A program made the translations under genes and the position numbers. A stretch of DNA of 64,000 bases from positions 104,284,001 through 104,348,000 of the forward strand of contig NC_043002.1 in assembly GCF_006345805.1 (NCBI RefSeq), given 5' to 3'. Each line of letters opens with the position of its first letter. The stretch's first letter is position 1. Under the pieces are notes generated by a model. That model made no database searches and was not told the DNA's origin. It was given only the letters and a program-made list of their open reading frames with translations. The stretch comes from Octopus sinensis. Its lineage: Eukaryota. This document shows, one piece after another, positions 1 to 11,635 of this stretch.

Positions 1-165
1 ACCAGTGTTGGTGTGTTTCCGTCCCCGTCTCCGGCAAAAGGAAACGATGGCTAAATATTAGGCTTTAAAAATGTAAGTACTGACGTGAATTCATTCGAGT
101 AAATTTTCTTGAAGGCGGTGCCCCAGCATGGACTCAGATTAAGGATTCAAAAAAGCGAAAGATAA
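1..165 (+). mobile_element. SINE family A, 3' fragment
   Basis: ggtgtgtttccgtccccgt...ggcggtgccccagcatgg matches the 3' half of the full copies at 18299, 34016 and 49363. Confidence 0.8.
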
Positions 166-343
166 ACCATAAAGGATATTATTTAATGAAATATTCACGG
201 AAGAAAATGAAGAACCCGACAGAAAGGAGATATTTTTGCAATTTTGGATTGCTAAATCTTCACTTTGTGTCAATTGTGGCAGACGGTTATTTCATAAACG
301 AAAATATAAGCACACACGTGCACACGCTCTTGCGCATATATAT

Positions 344-385
<42 letters not shown>

Positions 386-388
386 GTG

Positions 389-795
389 AAATAGAAATAA
401 TAATCTTGTTGCAGATTAATCAAAAGTTTAACCGATACCTTGGTAGCAAAAATCACACCAGAAAAAAATACCCCAGCAATAGTTGTCAAGAACTTTTATA
501 CCCCGATTTTAAAATTGGAAAGCATGAACAGAAAGAGGTTCGGATAACAATTTCCACAAGACAAAAATTAAAGTTTGGCCATGGGCTCTTAGGAGCCTAG
601 TTCGATTTGTTTTGCTCCGCCTCTATTCTGTTTTTGTTTTTTCCAACGGATTTCCTATTTCTTCCTAAAGAGAAAGACACAATATGGTCTCATTATTCAA
701 TCGGAATTTGGTAAATTGTGCCTTCGAAACACGTGTAGAATGAAATAAAACGTTTCTGTTCAATCTTCGTTTCAACATTTCTTCATTCTATCATA
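389..795 (+). mobile_element. Penelope pLTR-like fragment between (TA)n tracts
   Basis: Flanked by (TA)n on both sides; contains a hammerhead-like motif followed by AATAAA. Confidence 0.55.
657..746 (+). ncRNA. Type I hammerhead-ribozyme-like motif (core mutated, G5A)
   Basis: atttcttc-CTAAAGA-gaaagacacaat...attgtgccttc-GAA-ACACGTGT-A-gaatgaaat: stem I, long imperfect stem II and palindromic helix III are visible. Confidence 0.65.
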
Positions 796-796
796 T

Positions 797-827
<31 letters not shown>

Positions 828-830
<3 letters not shown>

Positions 831-1100
831 TGTGTGGTAAGTAGCTTGCTTATCAACCACATGGTTCTGGGTTCGGTCCCACTATCTGGAACCTTGGGCA
901 AGTGTATTCTACTATAGCCTCGGGCCGACCAAAGCGTTGTGAGCCCGTCGTTTTTGTGTCTGTGTTTGTTCGCACAACATCGCTTGACAACTGATGCATG
1001 TATGTTTATGTCCCCGTAGCTTAGCAGTCCACTTGTTCGACTTTAAGCGGTACTCTAGCACGGCCGCAGTCAAATGTCTGTAACAAACAATGAAATAACA
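828..1100 (+). mobile_element. SINE family A, internally deleted copy
   Basis: gtgtggtaagtagcttgc head, ccttgggcaagtg segment, ggccgcagtcaaatg tail. Confidence 0.85.
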
Positions 1101-1185
1101 TATGTGTGTGTGTTTGTGTGTGTGTAGGAAAAATTGAAAATGGAGACACACGTTCAAGATGTTATTAAATAATTTATATCTTCAT

Positions 1186-1300
1186 ATCATCAACATATGT
1201 TTCGATAGATGCATTCAAAATAAATCCGACAGGATAAATGATATAAACAGGATATAAACAGCAGTGTGCATCGAATAGATATTTTAACAGGTGTATGATG
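1186..1300 (-). ncRNA. Degenerate hammerhead-like motif in a short element abutting (TA)n
   Basis: Minus strand: catca..CTGTTAA-aata..gatgca...tgcatc-tatc-GAA-ACATATGT-T-gatg; two core mismatches. Confidence 0.45.
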
Positions 1301-1311
1301 CTCGGATATTT

Positions 1312-1354
<43 letters not shown>

Positions 1355-1355
<1 letters not shown>

Positions 1356-1590
1356 AATATTACGATGTACTTATATAGCAAGTGACCTAATCTGAGATCG
1401 TCTGCTGGAACGAAAACAATTGCAGCGTGGAAGATGTTTATAAGCCATTTAAGAACATACAGAATTTTGTCAGTGAACAGGTCGCGGTCTCAAAGAGACG
1501 AAACTATTTTGATAAATTTTATTAAATGATGAAGTGAATCTAACGGTTTTGTGTGTTTCTTAAACACCTTCCACGCTGCAATTTTTTATA
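1355..1590. mobile_element. Foldback pLTR-like element (same family as 28311-28592)
   Basis: 1356-1462 is the reverse complement of about 28485-28590; inverted aattgcagcgtggaag / cttccacgctgcaatt; flanked by (TA)n. Confidence 0.75.
1465..1516 (+). ncRNA. Hammerhead-like motif with G3:C8 core (GTGAACA)
   Basis: ttttgtca-GTGAACA-ggtcgc..gagac-GAA-ACTATT-T-tgataaa. Confidence 0.55.
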
Positions 1591-1879
1591 TATATATTTG
1601 TATATTTCTCTCTCTCTCTCTTCTCTCTATATATATATATATATATATATTATCTATATATATATATATTATATTTGCATGTGTGGGTGTGTGTGAGTGT
1701 GTGCTGTACATACGTAGACGTATAAACACATATATGCATATACATACACACCCATAAGCATATACATATATGCATAAACATATATAAACATATACATACA
1801 TTCATACACATACATATACACATGCACACATGCACACATATATAAATATAAATGCATATATATATATACAGGAATATTT

Positions 1880-2415
1880 ACGCATAAACATATGGAAAGT
1901 GAAGCTGAGAAGGGAACGGTAGTAATTTTAAAATGCCGTTGAGGAAACAGATGTCATAGGGCGGGGGAGGAAGAGGAGGTAAAGAGGAAGAAAGAGGAGA
2001 CGAAAGATCGAAAGTTTAAGGAGAAAGGTAGGTACGAGCAAAGAGACAATAGATAATAGATGGAAAGAAAAGATGAAGGGAAGATTAGGGTGTACCGGAA
2101 GTAAAAATAAGGAATAAAGATATTTTGTAGAAATTATTATTACGTGACAGGTAGGGTATCATTTTAAAAGGAAATGAATGTCTTTTTTTTCGACTGGAAA
2201 CACCTGTAAACGCGTTCATTAAAGGTGTTAGCCAGCTTATGTTTAGAAAAGAGAATAGATTTTCGTCCGTACAAAGAGAACAGAATCATTCCCTTTTGTT
2301 ATAGGAAAATGATCTTGATAAAAATTTTTCAATCTAAAGATTGCTTGGACATGTGTGCGACATTTGGCCACCTTGTTATTGTTCCCCCTGGATCTTTTCA
2401 ATAAACTGAACATTC
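1880..2415 (-). mobile_element. Penelope-like element 3' end (GIY-YIG C-terminus and 3' UTR), decayed
   Basis: Minus-strand translation across frameshifts ~LSRSFSYNKRE*FCSLCTDENLF..SKHKLANTFNERVYRCFQ resembles the PLE C-terminal CxLC...LN...CxH pattern. Confidence 0.65.
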
Positions 2416-2444
2416 ATATATTTATGTATTAAATATATGTGTTA

Positions 2445-2501
<57 letters not shown>

Positions 2502-2659
2502 TATGTACATAATGTATATATTAGATATATATATATATATAGATATATATATTATATTATATATATATATATATACATATGCATATATATATGAATATAT
2601 ACCTATATATTTTATATGTATATATATTATATAATAATATACATCTTCTCTATCTCTAT

Positions 2660-2717
<58 letters not shown>

Positions 2718-3302
2718 ATATCATAGGCACATTCATATGTGTATGCGCGTAGATTTCTGTGTATACAAACACACATATATGCGTGTATGCGTATGTGTGT
2801 GTGTGCGTGTGCGTATGTGTAAGATATATATGTATGCGTATAGTTATGGCTAAGTGGCAAAATAACAAGAAAGTAAACATCGGAATTCCAATGGGATGTT
2901 CCTCATTTAATAATGCCGTACAACAATTAGGTTTATGACAAATAACATCCACACACAACTCGTGTTGTCTCCTGCATGTTCCCTATTTCCCTTACTCTAT
3001 TACTCATCACTAAATTTCCATTCTCCATGCCGACAAAGCAAGCCATAATAACCACCGCCAGCGCCGATGTTTGAGCTGTCGACTTATTCAGCGTTCATTC
3101 TCTTGGGAATTTTCATCAAGTACAGCTTCCTTATTAAAGATGCCGGAGTGACATTGTTACATTTTATTAAATGCTTCGCATTTTCTACCTTTGCTCTAGA
3201 TTATGTTGTAAAATATAAGATGTCAACGAAACTCTCCGTCATTTACCCTCTTAGTATACGGACACACTTTCCTATAGTAATTACTCAACCCCGCCTCGCA
3301 CG

Positions 3303-3348
<46 letters not shown>

Positions 3349-3624
3349 AAATCACACACACACACACACTCTCATTTGTTCTGCTCTACCGGTCAGCCTG
3401 TTTGTTTTTGTATATCTCTATGCCGTTGTCTACGCTGTGTGTGTATCTACCTGCCTGTCACTTTCTCTCTCTCTCTCTCTCGTCTCTCTCCCTTTGTATC
3501 TATATATATAATATATATATATCTATACACACCACACATATATAATATATATACATATATATGTACATACATATAATTATATATATATATATATATATAT
3601 ATGAATATATATATATATATATAT

Positions 3625-3845
3625 AACACGAGTGAGAGGACACTCGAAGTAACGGCACTCAACAATTTATTGTGATGTTACTTGTATAGATCAAAACAGT
3701 TTTATTCAATTTCGTTGGTACTCTCGAGTTTCAAGCGCGATGCTAATCATCAACTATTTTGAATTTTTCAAAATATCTGACAACTAGTATCACGCTTGAA
3801 ACTCAAGTATACCAACGAATTTGAATAAAACTGTTTTGATATATA
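3625..3845. mobile_element. Foldback element with two head-to-head hammerhead-like motifs
   Basis: Imperfect ~160 bp palindrome 3685-3845. Plus: CTGACAA-ctagtatcacgctt-GAA-ACTCAAGT-A. Minus: TTGATGA-ttagcatcgcgctt-GAA-ACTCGAG. AATAAA on both arms; in (TA)n. Confidence 0.7.
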
Positions 3846-3863
3846 TATATATATATATATATA

Positions 3864-3952
<89 letters not shown>

Positions 3953-4375
3953 TTGTTCTTGGAATCTTTAGATAGATATTTTTTATATGTAGAACACTGG
4001 AAAAGCTCGGTGAAGGTACGAGACATTGCAGCGTCTCTCAACAGCTATTCAAATATCTTTTTATAAACTAGCGTTCCTCCGTCTGGTCAGTAACGCCACT
4101 CTATGCAAATAGCCACCGAAGCTTACTAAATTGCGCCTTACTACTTTGATAAACGAATATTACACTGTGCAATGTAATCTTACTTATACAATGTCGGAGC
4201 AAAACAATGACAAGCATAAGATGTTTTCACTGTTAGGTATGAATGAAATAAGGAATTCAGACAACTGGACTGTCAAGGATTGTTGATTGAGGAGTTTAAA
4301 TAGGTTATCAATTGTCCTAATATTAAGGAGAAACCATGGCGGCTATTACTTTGCCGCCGTCGTTGTTGTTGAATT

Positions 4376-4712
4376 TTAGTAGGAGAAATATACATCTCTG
4401 TGAATTAATTTTAAAGAGGTTTTGATATGCTTTCTGCGATCACTTTTAGAACAGTTAGAATGTTCTTTTTGGCAAAATAATTCAGACATGCTTCGTTTCA
4501 TCTTAGGTAACACAAAACCATTTATGAGAATGTTGTTTTTATTTTTAGACGAATTTGGTTTATTGTAGACATGTTCCGTAGTGATAAGTTGATGCCGTAA
4601 TTCAGGGTATAGACTATAATTATACAGATAATAACTAATCATTTCATTCCAGTTAGATTCGGTAATATATTCCATTGATCTCAGCATAAAAATACGAAAA
4701 CCGTCTGGCACA
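4376..4712 (-). CDS. Candidate terminal coding exon of an unidentified host gene
   Basis: 111-codon non-repetitive open frame VPDGFRIFMLRSMEYITESNWNEMISYYLYNYSLYPELRHQL...FSY*, directly preceded by a polypyrimidine tract and AG (tttttttattttccgtacaag); no recognisable domain. Confidence 0.4.
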
Positions 4713-5869
4713 CTTGTACGGAAAATAAAAAAAAAATTAACATACTTTGCGTAATTTTTATATTTCTTATTAAGAAAGTGTTTTAAAGTTAAAAGTTTAG
4801 AAAAATTATTGGATACTATTGTTAACCTCGATTTTTTTCATTTATTAATTGTAAAGTAAAATAAAAACGTTTACCAAAATATTCAAATGTTATTGCAATA
4901 TTTTAGAATATACAGACCGCATCGAACTACCTCTGGTGACACACAAGATGAAGAAACTCTAAACCAGAATATACGGAGCTATCGACACTGCCACTCATAC
5001 ATAATTGTCCCATGATCTATTCGATCTCGGGCGACATTTATTATACGTAAGGAACGAGGAGTTTGCGGTATGAATACGTTTCCTTCATGTGTTATCAGTT
5101 TCAGGAGTCGGTCGAATGCCAGCATCCTTCCATTCTGTTGCGTCCACTTCACTCATCAAATACTCTTCGTTCGATCACTCAATTAAGATGGGGGAAAAAC
5201 ACGAAGAATAGAATAACAAAACGAGGAAAAAACCGCGAAAATAATCACATTTTTTTCCTTTTTTTTTTTTTGCCATATTTCCCTTCCAACGGAAAATAAT
5301 ACAAAACATATGTTTGAAAGAATTACCATTCCTACATGACAACCAAGATGAAATCATCAGAATTATTTTAGCTTTCGAAATGAAGCCTTGATTTTATTCT
5401 TTTTCCAGGAATATTTCAGCGCATTTCTCCGAATCCTGCAACATAATCTCCATATGAACTCAGTTGCAATATTGTCAGAAAATAGCTTATAAGCCTACTC
5501 CACAGAATTGTTTCTACTTCACTGAACAGCGAATTTATATTGATGTCATTCTTCGTCTTCTTCTTCTTCTTCTTATGGTGCTTCTTGTCTTATATACATT
5601 ACATAATTCCAAACAGCATTGGCAATCATCGTTATGAAAATTACATTTACAAAGGAATAAGCTGTTGCTGATTCAGCGCAAAAATCGATTCTATTGATCG
5701 AACCGAGGAATGCGAATCTTGAGAGTAAAAGGAAATAATAATGAAGACGGTGGTTGTGGTTGTGCTGGTGGTGGTGGTGGTAGTGCTGCTGATGATGATA
5801 AAAATACATGAGGTAAAGAGAAGCATATTGAAACATAATGCAATATGTTTCCACATAAGTATATACACG

Positions 5870-5928
<59 letters not shown>

Positions 5929-5929
5929 T

Positions 5930-5963
<34 letters not shown>

Positions 5964-5973
5964 ATATATGCGT

Positions 5974-6009
<36 letters not shown>

Positions 6010-6452
6010 GTATATTAAATAATAAAATATAAATATATATACATATATACATATGTTATATATATATATATATATATAATATATATATATATATATTATT
6101 TAATATATACATACATACAAATATATGCACACATGTTTTAGTGTATATGTGCTTGCTGTGTGTATTTACGAATATATGTATATAAGTCTCGGAAGTATAA
6201 CGAAACTAGTTGGCGTTGTTTTCTAAACAAGCTGCAAAGAATATGCTTAACGTGGATAAATTAAATTGCAATGATTAAATTGTGAATTCAGCTTCATTAT
6301 ATTTATTAGTTTTGCCTCAAAAAGGTTTTTTTTTCTCCTCTATATTCTATTATTCACACATCAACTCACTTTCTGATTATTTCTCATATACGTTAAATGA
6401 ACACACACCCATATGTATGAATATGTTATATACATATGGATATGTGTGTGTA

Positions 6453-6505
<53 letters not shown>

Positions 6506-6509
6506 TATG

Positions 6510-6624
6510 TAGGTCCCGGGTTGATTCGGGGTTAACCACAGTAAATAAGGTACTCAATACATAGTAGAGTAAAATTAATTTATTATATAGAAGGAGCTTC
6601 TACAGTAGAAGCTCCTTCTATATA

Positions 6625-6630
<6 letters not shown>
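6510..6630. mobile_element. Foldback element with collapsed centre (family of 35818-36005)
   Basis: Same gtcccgggttga...gtactcaatacatag arm; perfect 26 bp inverted arms 6578-6603 and 6605-6630. Confidence 0.8.
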
Positions 6631-6691
<61 letters not shown>

Positions 6692-7906
6692 GCAGGCATG
6701 TATGTTTGTATAGATGCAGGTATATGCATCTAGATACGTATGTGCGATTGTATAAGTGTATATACATATATGTATGTATATGCCCGTGTTTTCATATTTG
6801 GGACATAGCGTTATAATGATGTCACACAAAGGCACATTGCTAAATAAAATTTTCACTGTTCCGCTAATAAAGTCATCACTTCTCAATTTTAAATCCATTG
6901 ATTTAAGCATAATTGCTATAAATATCATCAAAATTTCCCTCAAATTAGATTTTATTCTTTTAGAAGAAGAAATTTCAATAATTTAATCCAAACTCTAAAA
7001 GCTAATAGGATAATAATGGACCAGAAGGAATTCGATCATCGGTGTAGTGTGTTAGAGAACAACCTGGGAGTTACCATGGAGAATAATAAGAAATTGCACA
7101 GGAATGCTGGACCTTTCTTGATCGAATAAGAGAGTGATGCCAACTCGATATATTCTCCGTGCCTATCTGAGACTAAATCCATTTGGTTCCGAGGAATAAA
7201 GTGAATTCTGGAAATGGACAGTATTTACAAACAATATATTAGAATAATTTATTGTGAAATATTTCACACATTAAACAGATAAGGATTAAAATACACGCTT
7301 CTCCGATGAAGTGGCCGCCATTGCAGTAGAGTATTTTCTTCCTGTCTGGGCGTCTGATAATTGAGTCTACATTTGATAGGAAGAGAAGTAGATCGAAGTA
7401 GCTTTAGACACATTGCTCAAAGATATATTGTTGATATGATTTGAAAGTTACTGGTTAATAGCATGAAGTGTTGTTTCTGTCTAAAGTACTGCAACGTTTG
7501 AACATGAGAAGGGAGTGAAATGAAACCACGTAACCACAAGCAATCCAATCAGGCGAATCTCTTCATTACAATGATGTGTAGAGCTAATTAAGTAACGGAG
7601 TAGAAAGTCATGCGCAAATAACTCTTCTGAAGAGGTTTGTTCATGGCTAGCTTCGGGTAACTTTGAACGACTAACCGTACGGAAACAGATCTAGGCGGGC
7701 TCTTTGGTTTTTATTATAGTTTCTTGGAAATCTAAGATGCCAACGGCTAAATATGTGATAGACAGTCTATAGTATCGGCATCATTAAGATGCATTTAATT
7801 TGGTATTTCATATTGATTCAAGATTGGTGGCGAATTACAAAAAGTCACGTGCCTCATGAAAAAGTACACACGTACAATATTGAACACGTTCGCAATGAAA
7901 TATATA

Positions 7907-9173
7907 TTAGGTCATCCCATAAGTTCTGTCCGATTTTACCTCTTTGAAAATTGAATGAAATTTAATAGTATTTTAGAATGTCTAATGGAATTAAAAATTA
8001 ATTTAATGCATTTGTGTACATTTAAACTAATTAAATATTATTTTACAGAATAATAGAATTAAAATTTCTTTGATTAAAACCCTTTCTAACATGGAAGTAC
8101 CAAAGAGCTTTTAAGGCACATAATGCTTTATGAGTACAAAAAGGAAACTGCAGCCAAAGTGACTCGAAACATACACTCAGTTTATGGCAAAGAATGCTTA
8201 AATGAAAGAATTTGCAGAAGATTGTTTGCAAAATTCAGAAGTGGAGATTTCAGCCTTGAATATGAAGATTGAACAGGACGTGCAGCTGAGTTTGATGATA
8301 AGCTCCTCGAGGCATTACTTGGAGAAAATCCTGCATTATCAGTTGAAGAATTGGCCATAAAGCTTAGACCAAACCATACAACTGTTCATCGTCATCTTCA
8401 ACAACTTGGAAAGTTTCCTATACTTGGAAAATATCCGAAAGCATCCGCAAATCCCGAGTTGACATCTGCTCTTCACTCCATTCTCGGGAACACATTTCAC
8501 CCTTTTTGGATAAACTTGTAACTGGTGACGATAAATGGATCTTCTAACAAAATGTAAAATGTCGTAAACAGTGGCTTGGTAAAAAGGAAATAGCTCAATC
8601 ACAACCGAGAATGGAACTTCATGGGAAAAGATTCGTCTCTCTATCTGGTGGAATTGCAAAGGAGTAATTCAGTTTGAATTGTTACCACCTAATGCAACAA
8701 TCAATGTTCAAGTTTACTGTCAAAAATTAGAGCGTTTGAACCAAGCTGTGAATAAAAAAGATCCGCTTTAGTGGATCGGAAAGGAGTGATGTGTTCATCA
8801 GAACAGTGCACGATGCCACACGGCAACGATCACATCACAGAAGAGCGAAGAGCTTGTTTGGGAAAAAATTCCCCATCCACCTTATTCTCCCGACCTTGCT
8901 CCTTCAGACTATCATTTGTTTCGTAGTTTACAGAATCATTTGGGGGACATAACGTTCGAAAGCCAGAGCGAGGTCGAAAGTAACATTTCAGAGTTCTTCG
9001 CTTTGAAACCCAAAGAGTTTTACATTGATGGGATTAAAACGATGGTAAATAGATGGGAGGAAGTCATAGATAATCAGGGAAAGTACATTGATGATTATAT
9101 TTCAATTAAATATAACATTTGCTCACTTGTTTTCTTTATTCAAAATTCGGACAGAACTTATGGGATGACCTGA
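7907..9173 (+). mobile_element. Full-length decayed mariner transposon
   Basis: TIRs ttaggtcatcccataagttctgtccga / tcggacagaacttatgggatgacctga, TA on both sides, 1267 bp; transposase motifs VTGD.KW and HPPYSPDLAPSDYHLFRSLQNHL. Confidence 0.95.
8091..9110 (+). pseudogene. Mariner transposase pseudogene
   Basis: ATG at 8091 (MEVPKE); several frameshifts and stops; YSPDLAPSD motif near 8883. Confidence 0.9.
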
Positions 9174-9269
9174 TATATATATAGAAAAGCTATGGTGCAA
9201 ATACGCGCATCTAAATTCATGCACATACATAAACTAAAACAAAGACATACGCTTATTTACGCAGAAACA

Positions 9270-9300
<31 letters not shown>

Positions 9301-9344
9301 TGTATGTATAGATAGATAGATAGATAGCTAGATAAATATGTATG

Positions 9345-9540
9345 TAACCTCGTGAAGACTACCTGCAATTTTTTTTCCTCTGTCCTCCCGTCTCGGGATC
9401 TTTCTTTCTCCTATGTTTCCGACGAAGAGCTCCGCTCGAAACGTCATACCCTCCTTCTTCCATTTTCCTGAGCGCCTAATAATAATAATACTGTAATTCT
9501 TCCACGTGTGTTGTTTTTTTCTGTTTCCCCGTTTGGATTA

Positions 9541-9545
<5 letters not shown>
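9345..9545 (+). mobile_element. Short pLTR-like element ending at (TA)n (homologous to 39190-39390)
   Basis: Shared ctcctatgtttccgacgaagagctccgctcgaaacgt and tttggattaac-(TA)n end. Confidence 0.75.
9415..9449 (+). ncRNA. Minimal hammerhead-like motif (C4 variant)
   Basis: gttt-CCGACGA-a-gagc-tcc-gctc-GAA-ACGT-C-atac. Confidence 0.55.
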
Positions 9546-9609
<64 letters not shown>

Positions 9610-9689
9610 TATATAATATTTATGAATACAACAGATCCATAAGTGTCAAATACTAACTTTGTGTTCCATATTAGTAGAATCAAAACTTC

Positions 9690-10925
9690 ATCAGAGATGG
9701 CATCATACGGTTGCATGTGTAATGAGAGTTAGAGGTGACCTTCAGGAAGTAGTGTGCAGAGTGAAATTACTAGTGTTCACCTTGTAAGTTATAAAATTCG
9801 TATTGTTTTGATAACATGTACGCTGTACTCTGCAATTTCATGATGCAGAGGAGGTTGGAAGATGATATTTTGCATTAAACTTGGGACGCTTCGGCAAGCT
9901 TATGGTGAGGAGGCAATGGGTCGAGCGCAATGTTCCCAGTGGTAGGGACGCTTCAAAAGCGGAAGACGATGATGAATGTGGAAGATCTGCCACATGCGTC
10001 ACATCCGAAAATATGGAGAAAACACATCAGCTTGTACCTGACGGTCGTTGGAGGACTATCGACGATATTGCTGATGTTGGTTTGTGGTATGGGTCCGTGC
10101 AGGAAATCCTAGCGTGTGAATTCAAACATGTGGCGTGTCTCTTCTAAGTTTGTTACTCGCTACCTGACCACCGAACAAAAGAAAACCACGTCCAACTCTG
10201 TCAAGCTCTCCGTCAGCGTGCCGCTGATGACTCATCTGTGATGTCGTGGATCATCCACGGTGGTGAGAGATGTGTCTTCGGGTGCGACCCTGAGGCGAAA
10301 CAGTAGTCATTACAATGGAACAGGCCTTCATTTCCGCGACTGAAGTAGGCACCACAGAGTCGCAGCTTAATCAAAAGCATACTCATCATTTTTTGTTTCT
10401 TTTTCTATTTTCGGCATCCGTGATACAGTTCATCGAAAACTCGTCCACTAGGGCCAACCCGTCATTTCAGAGTTCTGCTGCGGTATATTGAAGCGTTTGA
10501 GGGAGGACATACGGTGAAAGTGACCAGATCTGTGAAGCATGAAGAGTTGGATTCTTTACGACGCCAGAGCACTCTGACACCGAGCTATCCTTACCCTTAA
10601 GTTTCTCGCGAAAGACAACATGGCATCGCTTCTGCATGATATCTGTGGACTTCCCTCTCTTCCTCAAGCTGAAAATGCAGCTCAAAGGCCGTCGCTTTAA
10701 AAGCGTTGTCAAGATCCAGAGTGAATCGTAGAAGTTTCTCGACTCGCTTACGGAAAATGACTTTCAGGGTTTGAAAGTCATTTTCAACTCCAGAGGCGGC
10801 AGGATCCCTCGGACTAGTGCATTGCTGTGCAAGGGGACTATTTGGAAGGAGATGATGTTAAAACTTTGGGAAATAAGGTATTTTTTTTATTACACGTAAA
10901 TAGTCTGTGAACTTTTTGACATCAT
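9690..10925 (+). mobile_element. Second decayed mariner of a different subfamily; left TIR not seen
   Basis: Remnants WII.GGERCVFGCDPEAKQ*SLQW, LFLKLKMQLKGRRF and QGDYLEG; TIR-like gtctgtgaactttttgac at the right end. Confidence 0.85.
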
Positions 10926-11001
10926 GTTTTTCATACAGAATAGAATATAATATGATATAATATTATATATATGTGTGTGTATGTGTGTGTGTGTGCGTAT
11001 A

Positions 11002-11237
11002 CAGGGTGGCCCAAAGTAGGTTTACAGCTATCCCGTGAGCAATTTTATTTTTTTTTAAACATTTTATTACATTTTAATTTCTATCTCACAAACTGAAAAA
11101 TGAGCTTGACAAAATTATATTATTTAGCATAAAATAATGGTGTTATAATATTTATATAATTAAGATCAAAACTGTTAATATATGAATGAATGTGAAAGAG
11201 ATAGTTGAATAACTATAAACCTACTTTTTGACACCAT

Positions 11238-11240
<3 letters not shown>
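11002..11240. mobile_element. Tc1/mariner-type MITE
   Basis: TA-cagggtggcccaaagtaggtttacag ... ctataaacctactttttgacaccatctt-TA imperfect TIRs, no ORF. Confidence 0.7.
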
Positions 11241-11319
<79 letters not shown>

Positions 11320-11419
11320 TTATATTTACATATACATATATATATACATACATACATATATATATATGTATATATATAAGTGTGTGTCTGTGTGTCTGTG
11401 TGAGTGTGCGCGTGTGTGA

Positions 11420-11635
11420 GTTTGTGTCTCATGCGTGTGTTTGTCTCCCATCAGGTTTTGACAACAAATGTTGGTGTGTCTACATCCCTGTAACCTGCCG
11501 CTTCGCCAAAAGACAGCGATAGAATAAGTACAATTTGCCCTGGTGTCGATTTGTCCGACTAAACCCCTTCAAGTCGCTGCTCCGACATGGCCGCTGTCAA
11601 ATAACTGAAACAAGTAAAAGAATAAGAGAATAGAA
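11420..11635 (+). mobile_element. SINE family A, 3' half
   Basis: gatagaataagtac...catggccgctgtcaaataactgaaacaagtaaaag. Confidence 0.8.

Noticed and set aside
5290-5370. Minus-strand CTGATGA ... AAACATATGTT as a hammerhead
   Set aside because: G12 is missing and there is no credible stem II; possibly a very old copy but unsupported.
7625-7700. CTGAAGA ... GAAACAGATCTA as a hammerhead
   Set aside because: Stem II does not close adjacent to GAAA and stem I does not pair.
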